Origin: Mangrovicoccus sp.
Lineage (GTDB): Bacteria; Pseudomonadota; Alphaproteobacteria; Rhodobacterales; Rhodobacteraceae
DNA length: 64,000 bases
Assembly (NCBI GenBank): GCA_049603835.1
Contig: JBMYSZ010000015.1
Location: 19,576 to 83,575, forward strand
Reading direction: 5' to 3'
Below, piece by piece: positions 56,059 to 64,000 of the stretch (the stretch's first letter is position 1; each line of letters opens with the position of its first letter). Made by a program: the position numbers and the translations under genes. The notes beneath the pieces were generated by a model. That model did not search any database. It saw nothing but the letters and a program-made list of their open reading frames with translations, and was not told where the DNA came from.

Positions 56059-57279
56059 ATGAGGCGATCAACGCTGATGAGCAGAGCTTTGAGTTTCCTG
56101 GCGGTTTTAAGCGCCCTGCTTTGCGCCCTGTCTGTTTTCGGGCTGGGGCCGGTTGCTGTGCGCCCGGCTTTTGCCGCCGAAGCCGCGATCATGGATGCGC
56201 CGCGATCTTATTGGAAGGCCCGCAGAGGTGGGTTGCAGCTGCGATTGCGGCTAAGCCATGGGGTGCCCTATCGCGTGGCCTTTTTGGAAAATCCGGTGCG
56301 TTTGGTACTGGAATTTGAGGCTTTGGATCTGCCAGACGCGCCGAAAACCCCGAAACCGGCCAAAGGCATAACCGAGCAGCGGCTTTATGATTTGGTGCCT
56401 GGGGTGACGCGGCTAGAGGCGGAGCTAAGTGATCCGATGGTGCTGCAAAGCGCGGGTCTGCGCCTGGGTCCCGATGGCCAGGGGGCCGAGCTGGACCTTG
56501 CCCTTGTGCCCTCCGATGCGGTGGGTTTTGCAGTTGCGGTGGCCAATTCGCCGGATCTGACCCATGCCATTCTGGACCAGCCGCGCGGCGCAGGGGCGCA
56601 TGAAAAGCTGCATATTGTGCTCGATCCCGGCCATGGGGGGCTTGATAGCGGCGCCGAGCATGGCGGCATCCGCGAAGCGGATCTGGTGTTGGAATTCGCC
56701 CAAGAGCTGCAACAGCTTTTGCGCGATACCACAGATTTTGAGGTCTCTCTGACCCGCGAGGATGATAGCTTTGTGTCCCTGCGTGACCGGATGAGCATCG
56801 CCCGAAAGGCCGAGGCGGATTTGATGATTTCGCTGCATGCGGACGCGGTCACAGTGGGCACAGCCACCGGGGCGACTGTGCATGTCTTGGGCGAAAAGGA
56901 CCAAGCCCGCGCCTCAAGCTATCTAACCGCAAGAATGGCGCGGGATGATTTGGTGCAAGGCGCGGATCTTCGCCAGACCGAAGACGCGGTTGCGGCGGCT
57001 TTGATGGATTTGGCCCGCTCGGATGCGGCACCCAAAAGCCGCGATTTCGCCGCTGCCCTGCTTTATTCGCTGCGCGAGTTAGAGCTGCCGCTTTACAAAA
57101 AACCGCTCAAACAGGCGAATTTCGTGGTGTTGCGGGCGCCAGATATGGCCTCCGTCCTGTTTGAACTGGGATTTCTGTCTAACCCGGAGGATCGAGCGCG
57201 GCTGGTGGACCCGGCCTTTCGCCATGATCTGGCCTTGGCGGTGCGGGCGGCTCTTTTGCAATGGAACTCGCAGGGCTGA
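56059..57279 (+). CDS. N-acetylmuramoyl-L-alanine amidase (AmiC/Amidase_3 family)
   Basis: A signal peptide and an AMIN-like N-terminal region precede the Amidase_3 catalytic domain (HIVLDPGHGGLDSGAEHGGIREADLVL...SLHAD). Confidence 0.75.
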   Translation: MRRSTLMSRALSFLAVLSALLCALSVFGLGPVAVRPAFAAEAAIMDAPRSYWKARRGGLQLRLRLSHGVPYRVAFLENPVRLVLEFEALDLPDAPKTPKPAKGITEQRLYDLVPGVTRLEAELSDPMVLQSAGLRLGPDGQGAELDLALVPSDAVGFAVAVANSPDLTHAILDQPRGAGAHEKLHIVLDPGHGGLDSGAEHGGIREADLVLEFAQELQQLLRDTTDFEVSLTREDDSFVSLRDRMSIARKAEADLMISLHADAVTVGTATGATVHVLGEKDQARASSYLTARMARDDLVQGADLRQTEDAVAAALMDLARSDAAPKSRDFAAALLYSLRELELPLYKKPLKQANFVVLRAPDMASVLFELGFLSNPEDRARLVDPAFRHDLALAVRAALLQWNSQG

Positions 57280-57461
57280 CCAAGCGTTGCCAATTTGTGA
57301 TTTTGACCGCGTTAAGGCTTCGGTCTATAGACTGGGGATTGCCTCAGAGCGTGTCAAAACCTAGGTGACGCGCGAACCAGCTGCCCGGCCCTTGCCGATG
57401 GCGAAACCAGATTTCTCGTGTTTTGGGATTGTCCCGAAATACGCTAAACAGTGAGTAAGCG

Positions 57462-60008
57462 ATGATCCGCGCTTTTGCGAGCCTCTTTGGCTCTGTCTTC
57501 AGCTTCTTTACCGCCGGCGCCGTTTTCGGCGTGCTGGTGCTGGGGGCCATCTTTTACATGTATGGCCGCGATTTGCCTAATCACGAGCAATTGGCCACTT
57601 ACGCACCGCCGACTATCAGTCGGGTCTATTCCGGCGAAGGCGAGCTGATCGATGAATTCGCCGAAGAGCGACGGCTTTTCGCGCCATCCAGCGAAATCCC
57701 GGAACTGGTGAAACAGGCCTTTATTTCCGCCGAGGATAAAAACTTTTACAGCCACAAAGGCTATGACCCGCTGGGCATCGCAAAGGCGGTGGTCGATGCG
57801 GCCCAAGGCGCGCGGTTGCGCGGGGCCTCGACCATTACTCAGCAGGTGATGAAGAACTTTTTGCTAAGCTCGGATCGCTCGGCGGAGCGCAAAATCAAAG
57901 AGCTGATCTTGGCCGCGCGGCTAGAGGAAACCCTAAGCAAAGAGCAGATCCTAGAGCTCTATTTGAACGAGATTTATCTAGGCCAAAACAGCTATGGGGT
58001 CGCCGCCGCCGCGCAGACTTATTTCAACAAAAAACTGTCGGATCTGAATGCCGAAGAGGCGGCTTATCTTGCCGCGCTGCCGAAAGCACCGTCTTCGCTG
58101 CATCCGGTGCGGGCCTATGATCGGGCGATGGATCGGCGAAATTTCGTGCTGCGCGAGATGCATGAAAATGGCTATCTGGCCCAGGCAGCCTATCAAGAGG
58201 CGCGGGCCGAACCGCTGCTGACCGTGCAAAATGGCGATATCGAAAGCTTCCGCCGGTCTTTGCCGCCGCGCGGCTATTTCACCGATGAGGTGCGCCGCCA
58301 GCTGAGCCAAGATTTCGGCGAGACGGAGTTCTTTACCGGTGGCCTGAGCATCCGCTCGACTTTTAACCCGGAAATGCAGGATCATGCGGCGCGGGCTTTG
58401 CGCAATGGGTTGGAAAAATACGATCGCCGCCACGGGATTTGGCGCGGGACCGAAGCGACTGTGCCGACCGAAGTCCTGGGCGATGACGCCGCGTGGCGCG
58501 AGGCTTTGGCCGCAATCCCGACCCAAGATGCGCCGCGCGATATCGAAGGCTGGTATCCGGCGGTGGTCCTGTCTGTGTCTGGCGACAAGGCTCAGCTCGG
58601 CATCGAGGGCTTGCCGCGCGACCCCGAAACCCAATTCATCCCGACCCGCGATGTGACCTGGGCCCGTAAACCAGGCGGCCGCAAAGCGCGCAGCCCTGGC
58701 GATTTGCTGGCACCTGGCGAGGTGGTCTTGGTCAAGCAAGTGCTAAAAGACGGCGAATTCGACTACTGGTCCCTGCGTCAGATCCCGCTTTTGGAAGGCG
58801 CTTTCATGGCCATGGACGTCAATACCGGCCGGGTCATCGCGATGCAGGGCGGGTTTTCCTATCAGCATTCGGTGTTTAACCGCACCACCCAAGCGACGCG
58901 GCAGCCGGGCTCTTCGTTTAAGCCCTTTGTCTATGCCTCGGCGCTGGATAATGGCTATACCCCCGCCACCATCGTCGTGGATGCGCCGGTGGAAATCGCG
59001 GCAGGCGATGGAACGATCTGGCGCCCCAAAAATGCCAGCAACAAATTCTATGGCCCCACGCCGCTGCGCACAGGGATCGAACGCTCGCGGAACTTGATGA
59101 CGGTGCGTCTGGCCAATGCGGTCGGAATGGATATCGTCGCCAATTACGCGGAACGTTTTGGGGTTTATGATGATATGGCCACCCATTTGGCCAATGCTCT
59201 GGGCTCTGAGGAAACCACCTTGTTCCGAATGGTGTCGGCCTATGCCATGTTTGCCAATGGCGGCGAGCGGGTGGAACCGACCCTGGTGGACCGGGTGCAA
59301 AACCGTTTTGGCGATACGATCTACCGCCATGATCAGCGCGATTGTGTCGATTGTGAGGCATTTCGCCTGCCAGAGGGGCAATCGCCCAGAATTCTGTCCA
59401 ATCGCGAGCGGGTGATGGACCCGATCACCGCTTATCAGCTGACCTCTATGATGCGCGGCGTGGTCGAGCGGGGCACAGCGGCGCGAACAGTTAACCTGGA
59501 TGTGCCCATTGCGGGCAAAACCGGCACCACTAATGACGCCAAAGATGTGTGGTTTGTTGGCTTTTCCTCAAATATCGTCGCGGGATGTTTCATGGGTTAT
59601 GACCAGCCGCGCACAATGGGGCGGGGCGCCTCGGGCGGTGGCATGTGCGGCCCGGTCTTCAATGAATTCATGCAAGAAGCGATCAAAGTCTATGGCGGCG
59701 GCGAATTCCGCGTCCCGCCGGGGGGGCGTTTCATCAAAATCGACCGGATCTCTGGTCAACGGCTGCCCTCCAATGCCACGGGCGCGAGCGTGGTCAGTGA
59801 ATATTTCCGTGTGATCGATGGAATGGAGCCGATCTTTGGCCTGGCCGCGACGGTGGATGGCGGCTTTACCATGGGGGGCGGGCTATCGCTTTATTCCCGT
59901 GATGAGGCGTTGCAAGGCACTCAGGATGTGGTGACGTCCACTGGCGAGGTTAAAAAGATCCCGAAAAAGGCAAGTTTCGGTTCTTTGTCTTCTGGTGGCT
60001 TGTACTGA
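57462..60008 (+). CDS. mrcA: Penicillin-binding protein 1A (bifunctional transglycosylase/transpeptidase)
   Basis: 848 aa with an N-terminal TM segment, glycosyltransferase motifs (EDKNFYSHKGYD, RGASTITQQ) and transpeptidase motifs SSFK and KTGT. Confidence 0.85.
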   Translation: MIRAFASLFGSVFSFFTAGAVFGVLVLGAIFYMYGRDLPNHEQLATYAPPTISRVYSGEGELIDEFAEERRLFAPSSEIPELVKQAFISAEDKNFYSHKGYDPLGIAKAVVDAAQGARLRGASTITQQVMKNFLLSSDRSAERKIKELILAARLEETLSKEQILELYLNEIYLGQNSYGVAAAAQTYFNKKLSDLNAEEAAYLAALPKAPSSLHPVRAYDRAMDRRNFVLREMHENGYLAQAAYQEARAEPLLTVQNGDIESFRRSLPPRGYFTDEVRRQLSQDFGETEFFTGGLSIRSTFNPEMQDHAARALRNGLEKYDRRHGIWRGTEATVPTEVLGDDAAWREALAAIPTQDAPRDIEGWYPAVVLSVSGDKAQLGIEGLPRDPETQFIPTRDVTWARKPGGRKARSPGDLLAPGEVVLVKQVLKDGEFDYWSLRQIPLLEGAFMAMDVNTGRVIAMQGGFSYQHSVFNRTTQATRQPGSSFKPFVYASALDNGYTPATIVVDAPVEIAAGDGTIWRPKNASNKFYGPTPLRTGIERSRNLMTVRLANAVGMDIVANYAERFGVYDDMATHLANALGSEETTLFRMVSAYAMFANGGERVEPTLVDRVQNRFGDTIYRHDQRDCVDCEAFRLPEGQSPRILSNRERVMDPITAYQLTSMMRGVVERGTAARTVNLDVPIAGKTGTTNDAKDVWFVGFSSNIVAGCFMGYDQPRTMGRGASGGGMCGPVFNEFMQEAIKVYGGGEFRVPPGGRFIKIDRISGQRLPSNATGASVVSEYFRVIDGMEPIFGLAATVDGGFTMGGGLSLYSRDEALQGTQDVVTSTGEVKKIPKKASFGSLSSGGLY

Positions 60009-60093
60009 TGTGAAAACTGCGCAAGGCTGGTCATCAATAGCTTACCAGTTTTGCGATAGTTTCCCAGGCACGTATTTTCCACAAGGACTCGCT

Positions 60094-60288
60094 ATGACTG
60101 CCCCATTTGATCTAAAGCCCGGAACTGAATTCACCTGCCCCCATTGCGAGGCGCGCTATGTGGTTTCAGTAACGCCGCTGGCGGATCAGGATCGAGACTC
60201 CGTCAATTGTCTGTGCTGCGCGCGGGTCATGCGGGAATGGCAGGACAAGGTTAGCCCGACATTTACGCTGCTTGATCAGGGGCATTAG
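60094..60288 (+). CDS. Small zinc-ribbon protein (CxxC...CxxC)
   Basis: 64 aa. MTAPFDLKPGTEFTCPHCEARYVV...CLCCARVMREW. Upstream of prfB. Confidence 0.4.
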   Translation: MTAPFDLKPGTEFTCPHCEARYVVSVTPLADQDRDSVNCLCCARVMREWQDKVSPTFTLLDQGH

Positions 60289-60396
60289 CGCGGGTCTTTC
60301 ACGGCGGCCTAAAGCGCGAAATCTCCGGTTTGGGTCGTTGCGTCTGGCGGCGGGCCAAGATATGGACTTCTTTGCTGATCTTTGACCGGACCTGTT

Positions 60397-61524
60397 ATGC
60401 GCGCTGAAATCCAAAATATCGTCACCGAAATTGAAAAATCTCTCGCCCTTTTGGCGCAGCGAATGGATTATGAAACCGCGCCGCATCGGTTGGAAGAATT
60501 CAATGCGATGACCGAGGATCCAGAGCTGTGGAATGATCCGGCCCGCGCCCAGAAACTTATGCGCGAGCGGCAGACTTTGTTGGATGCGGTCCAAAGCTAT
60601 GAGGGGCTGCGCCAGGATCTGGCCGATAATATTGAGCTGATCGAAATGGGCGAGATGGAGGATGATGACGAAATCATCGCCGAGGCAGAGGCCACCATCA
60701 AATCGCTCAAAGGCATCGCCGCTCAAAAAGAGATCGAGGCTCTGCTAGATGGCGAGGCCGATGCGAATGACACATTCCTAGAGATCAATTCCGGCGCTGG
60801 CGGCACGGAAAGCTGCGATTGGGCCTCGATGTTGGCGCGCATGTATGTGCGTTGGGCCGAGAAGCAGGGCTATCAAGTCGAGCTGCAATCGGAAAGCGCC
60901 GGGGAAGAGGCGGGGATCAAATCCGCCGCTTACAAGATTTCGGGCCATAATGCCTATGGTTGGCTAAAGGGCGAAAGCGGCGTGCATCGCTTGGTGCGGA
61001 TTTCGCCTTATGACAGCGCGGCGCGGCGGCATACGTCCTTTAGCTCGGTTTGGGTTTATCCGGTGGTGGATGATAATATCGAGATCGAGGTCAATCCGGC
61101 CGATATTCGGATCGATACTTATCGTTCCTCAGGGGCAGGTGGACAGCATGTGAACACCACCGACTCTGCGGTGCGGATTACCCATATCCCCACCGGGATC
61201 GTTGTGACCAGCTCGGAAAAGTCTCAGCACCAAAACCGCGATATTGCCATGAAAGCCTTGAAGTCCCGGCTCTATCAACAAGAGCTGGACCGCCGGAATG
61301 CCGCGATCAATGAGGCGCATGAGAATAAAGGCGATGCAGGCTGGGGCAACCAGATCCGCTCTTACGTGCTTCAGCCCTATCAGATGGTCAAAGATCTGCG
61401 CACAAATGTGGAAACCTCTGATACCCAAGGGGTGTTAGACGGCGATCTGAATAAATTCATGGCTGCAACTTTGGCCCAAGATGTGGCTGGTAAATCGCGG
61501 AGCGAGGCCCGCGCCGAAGATTAA
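60397..61524 (+). CDS. prfB: Peptide chain release factor 2 (no programmed frameshift)
   Basis: 375 aa from MRAEIQNIV..., with the SPF tripeptide and the GGQ motif. The N-terminal region is continuous in one frame through the position where E. coli has its UGA. Confidence 0.9.
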   Translation: MRAEIQNIVTEIEKSLALLAQRMDYETAPHRLEEFNAMTEDPELWNDPARAQKLMRERQTLLDAVQSYEGLRQDLADNIELIEMGEMEDDDEIIAEAEATIKSLKGIAAQKEIEALLDGEADANDTFLEINSGAGGTESCDWASMLARMYVRWAEKQGYQVELQSESAGEEAGIKSAAYKISGHNAYGWLKGESGVHRLVRISPYDSAARRHTSFSSVWVYPVVDDNIEIEVNPADIRIDTYRSSGAGGQHVNTTDSAVRITHIPTGIVVTSSEKSQHQNRDIAMKALKSRLYQQELDRRNAAINEAHENKGDAGWGNQIRSYVLQPYQMVKDLRTNVETSDTQGVLDGDLNKFMAATLAQDVAGKSRSEARAED

Positions 61525-61651
61525 TGCGCTTAATTTTCTAAAAAACGCATTATCTTCTGCGGATACCTTTGACAAAACCCTCTGGGCTGCGGCATTTTTT
61601 CCTCAGGCTTGCGCGAGCAAAACGCGCAACTGGTAGGAGGAGTCCAGAAAA

Positions 61652-62446
61652 ATGCCGTCATTTACTGAAACCACCGATCTTAATGCGCCCGCCGCTAGCC
61701 CGGCACCGGTGATTAAGCCCATAACTCAGGAAACCATTAAGGCCTGTCTGCACCAAGGCTTCGAAGATTTCAAAACAGCGCCCTCTTATGGCCTGTTCTT
61801 CGGGGCGGTCTATGCCATTGGTGGGCTGGTCTTGTATATTATCGCGCGTGGGCTGGGGATGAGCTTTATCGCGCTGCCCCTGGCTCTGATTTTCCCATTG
61901 ATTGGGCCCTTTGTGGCCATCGGGCTTTACGAAGTCAGCCGCCGCTTACATGCGAAAGAAGAGCTGACCTGGCCCGCCGTGCTTGGAGTGCTCTTTAGCC
62001 AACGTCACCGTCAGCTGCCTTATATCGGCGCGATCATGGTGTTTATGGTGATGATTTGGCTTGTGATCAGCCGCCTAACTTTCGCGGTTTTCCTGGGCAA
62101 TAACAGCATCATCAATTTCTATAGCTCCATGGACACGATGTTGACCCTGGATGGTCTGACGATGATTTTGGTCAATATTGCGGTTGGGGCTTCGGTTGCG
62201 TTTCTGCTTTTTGCCATCACCGTGATCAGTATTCCCATGCTGATGGAGCGGGAAATGGACTTCGTCACCGCCATGATCACCAGCTTTGAATTCGTGACCG
62301 AAAATCTGGTGCCGATGCTCACCTGGGGGGCGGCCGTTATTGGGCTGTTGTTGGTTGCGATGCTGCCCGCCTTTTTGGGGCTGATCGTGGTGCTGCCGGT
62401 GCTGGGCCATGCGACCTGGCATCTGTACCGCGCCGCTGTGGAATAA
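61652..62446 (+). CDS. DUF2189-like integral membrane protein
   Basis: 264 aa, polytopic, with a strong RBS (AGGAGG). Family assignment is tentative. Confidence 0.45.
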   Translation: MPSFTETTDLNAPAASPAPVIKPITQETIKACLHQGFEDFKTAPSYGLFFGAVYAIGGLVLYIIARGLGMSFIALPLALIFPLIGPFVAIGLYEVSRRLHAKEELTWPAVLGVLFSQRHRQLPYIGAIMVFMVMIWLVISRLTFAVFLGNNSIINFYSSMDTMLTLDGLTMILVNIAVGASVAFLLFAITVISIPMLMEREMDFVTAMITSFEFVTENLVPMLTWGAAVIGLLLVAMLPAFLGLIVVLPVLGHATWHLYRAAVE

Positions 62447-62480
62447 GCCCGTCATTCGGACATGGCTTGAACTTAGGATT

Positions 62481-62506
62481 GCAGCCCCTCGGGGCTGCTT
62501 TTTTCT
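62481..62506 (+). terminator. Rho-independent terminator after the DUF2189-like gene
   Basis: GCAGCCCC-tc-GGGGCTGC followed by TTTTTTC. Confidence 0.6.
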
Positions 62507-62531
62507 TTAAGGGCATGTATTGCCCGCAAAG

Positions 62532-62558
62532 AAAAAACCCCACCAAAGGGCGGGGTTT
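62532..62558 (-). terminator. Rho-independent terminator for the minus-strand bactofilin operon
   Basis: Minus strand reads CCCCGCCC-ttt-GGTGGGG followed by TTTTTT. Confidence 0.5.
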
Positions 62559-62581
62559 GACCTATTGGGATCAGACCTAAT

Positions 62582-63079
62582 TTAGGCTTGGGGTTTTGCC
62601 GGCGGTGCTTTTTTCGCGGCAGGGGCTGCGTTTAGCGGATCTTCCTGACGCTGCACAGAGCCTTCGAAATGCGCGCCGGCTTCGATAGCGATGGTCTTGT
62701 GAATGATATCGCCTTCGACGCGAGCGGTCGAAGTCAGGCGCACTTTCAAACCGCGCAACCGGCCGATGACACGGCCATTCACCACAACATCATCCGCAAC
62801 GATTTCGCCCGAAACAACCGCGCCTTCGCCGATGGTCAACAGATGGGCGCGAATATCGCCTTCAACCTGGCCTTGGATTTGGATATCGCCAGCGGTCTGG
62901 ATATTGCCTTTGATCTTAAGATCCGAACTCAGAACCGAGGCAGGCGGCTTCGGAGCAGCTTGCGGTGCCGTCGGAGTTGCCTGGGCGGTTTGCCCGGCCG
63001 GTTTTGCATCCGTGGCCCGTTTCTCAGGCTCGGTCGGGGATTTTTGGTTCGGTTCGTTGATCCGGCTCTTAGAAAACAT
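62582..63079 (-). CDS. Bactofilin (CcmA/BacA family) with a disordered Pro/Ala-rich C-terminus
   Basis: The bactofilin beta-helix core is ...GDIQIQGQVEGDIRAHLLTIGEGAVVSGEIVADDVVVNGRVIGRLRGLKVRLTSTARVEGDIIHKTIAIEAGAHFEG. Confidence 0.75.
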   Translation of the reverse strand: MFSKSRINEPNQKSPTEPEKRATDAKPAGQTAQATPTAPQAAPKPPASVLSSDLKIKGNIQTAGDIQIQGQVEGDIRAHLLTIGEGAVVSGEIVADDVVVNGRVIGRLRGLKVRLTSTARVEGDIIHKTIAIEAGAHFEGSVQRQEDPLNAAPAAKKAPPAKPQA

Positions 63080-64000
63080 TTCGCGCTGCCCTGATATAAG
63101 TCATGGGGTTAGTGGCTTTGCCGCCCACGCGAACTTCATAATGCAAATGGGTGCCCGTGGAGCGGCCAGAGCTTCCCATAGCACCGATAAGTTTTCCGCG
63201 CGAGACCTTTTGCCCTACTTTGACGTTTATCTTGGCCAAATGCGCATAGCGAGTCTCAATACCGAATTCATGCTTAATTTTCACCAAACGGCCATAGCCA
63301 GACTGCCAACCGGCGAAAACAACCACCCCATCAGCGGTGGCTTTGACGGCTGTGCCATAGGCACCAGCCCAATCGACCCCCGCATGCAGGCGTGAACCGC
63401 CCCGGATTGGGTCGCGACGATAGCCAAAGCCCGAGGTCCGGCGCACGCTAGAATCCACCGGCAGCGCCACGGGCAGGGCGTCCACCGCCATGCGATAGAG
63501 GTTCAGCTCTTCCATATGGGCCAGGATATTATTGGCGCGTTGGGTATCTGGATGCTGCTCGCCTTTGGTGGAAATTGAGATTGGCGTCAGCGGACCACCT
63601 TGGCCATCATAGCGGCTGCGCATGGCATTGATCAGACTATCGCTGCTCATACCGACCTGGCGGAAAACATTATCCAGCGGCGCCATAGTGACCGAAACGG
63701 CTTTTTCCAGCTTGCCGAATAGGTGGTCATTACGGATCGTGGTTTCATAAGCCTGGCGCTCTAGCTCAGCGATTTGGCCTTCCGCTTCGCTGAGATCCGC
63801 GCTCAGCGCGTCACGTTCCTCGGTCACATCGCTCAGCGTGCGGGTGACCATTTGCAATGTCCCGCTATTGCCCATAACCGGCCCGGTCAGCTGGCCTGCG
63901 GAGCCTTCAGAGCCCTCCAGAGATGCCAAGCGCGTTTCCGCCGCGGCACGAGAGCGATTAGCGCTGTCCAACAAATCCCGCAGCGCGGCGGCTTCTTGCG
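63069..64000 (-). CDS. M23-family peptidase with an N-terminal coiled coil (3' part in window; N-terminus beyond the window edge)
   Basis: LytM/M23 motifs HAGVDWAGAYGTAV and GSSGRSTGTHLHYEVR. The gene overlaps the bactofilin start by 11 nt. Confidence 0.75.
   Translation of the reverse strand, partial: QEAAALRDLLDSANRSRAAAETRLASLEGSEGSAGQLTGPVMGNSGTLQMVTRTLSDVTEERDALSADLSEAEGQIAELERQAYETTIRNDHLFGKLEKAVSVTMAPLDNVFRQVGMSSDSLINAMRSRYDGQGGPLTPISISTKGEQHPDTQRANNILAHMEELNLYRMAVDALPVALPVDSSVRRTSGFGYRRDPIRGGSRLHAGVDWAGAYGTAVKATADGVVVFAGWQSGYGRLVKIKHEFGIETRYAHLAKINVKVGQKVSRGKLIGAMGSSGRSTGTHLHYEVRVGGKATNPMTYIRAARNVF

Noticed and set aside
54564-56192. 542-aa version of the M48/TPR peptidase ORF overlapping the amidase gene start
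   Set aside because: The N-terminal 99 residues are Arg-rich with no signal peptide. The internal Met at 55895 gives a canonical signal peptide and leaves a sensible divergent intergenic region.
60362-60386. CTTTGAC heptamer (60380-60386) upstream of prfB, resembling the RF2 programmed +1 frameshift site
   Set aside because: - The short upstream ORF (ATG 60362 ... CTT TGA) is in the wrong register: a +1 shift lands in a frame that stops after 7 codons.
- RF2's N-terminal region (MRAEIQNIV...[14 protein letters not shown]) is continuous in a single frame from ATG 60397, through the position homologous to the E. coli frameshift site.
- This prfB is therefore not frameshifted, and the heptamer is coincidental.

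Overview
This window is a GC-rich (about 60% by eye) alphaproteobacterial chromosome segment. A 5-aminolevulinate synthase closely similar to Rhodobacter HemA and the rpsJ-directly-after-tuf layout point to Rhodobacterales.

Most of the window is the ribosomal-protein and transcription/translation supercluster:
- rplK (5' partial), rplA, rplJ, rplL, rpoB, rpoC
- rpsL, rpsG, fusA, tuf
- S10 operon: rpsJ, rplC, rplD, rplW, rplB, rpsS, rplV, rpsC, rplP
- spc operon: rpmC, rpsQ, rplN, rplX, rplE, rpsN, rpsH, rplF, rplR, rpsE, rpmD

This normally contiguous cluster is interrupted three times:
1. A roughly 1 kb, strongly AT-rich island sits between rplW and rplB. It carries a Panacea/DUF4065-domain protein plus an overlapping small single-pass transmembrane protein. 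This looks like an undescribed PanA-type toxin-antitoxin or abortive-infection module lodged inside the essential S10 operon, and it is the headline finding.
2. A 12.7 kb block separates rplP from rpmC. It carries DUF1330, an HxlR regulator, a GAPDH paralog, an MFS transporter, a degenerate ABC-like pair, DUF697, an SPFH protein, a LivK-like binding protein and a TIGR02466 protein. It is bracketed by inverted pairs of a 23-bp palindromic repeat.
3. The spc operon ends with a terminator after rpmD. Instead of rplO-secY, an accessory region follows: a vWA protein; two tRNA-Val isoacceptors flanking a lower-GC LuxR solo; a ParB-like nuclease-domain protein; an SMR efflux pump; tRNA-Asp; a sulfotransferase-like protein; a glycosyltransferase-like protein; and a decayed IS256-family element with intact inverted repeats and an 8-bp target duplication.

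The 3' third of the window is housekeeping and cell-envelope genes: an M20 peptidase, hemA, a RodZ-like protein, ispG, a DsbA-like protein, an M48/TPR peptidase, an AmiC-like amidase, PBP1A, prfB (without the programmed frameshift), a DUF2189-like membrane protein, a bactofilin, and an M23 peptidase (3' partial).

A family of palindromic repeats (consensus GGTGGGCAAATTGCCCACCCTAC) occurs at six or more intergenic sites, often as inverted pairs bracketing terminators. No rRNA genes or CRISPR arrays were seen.
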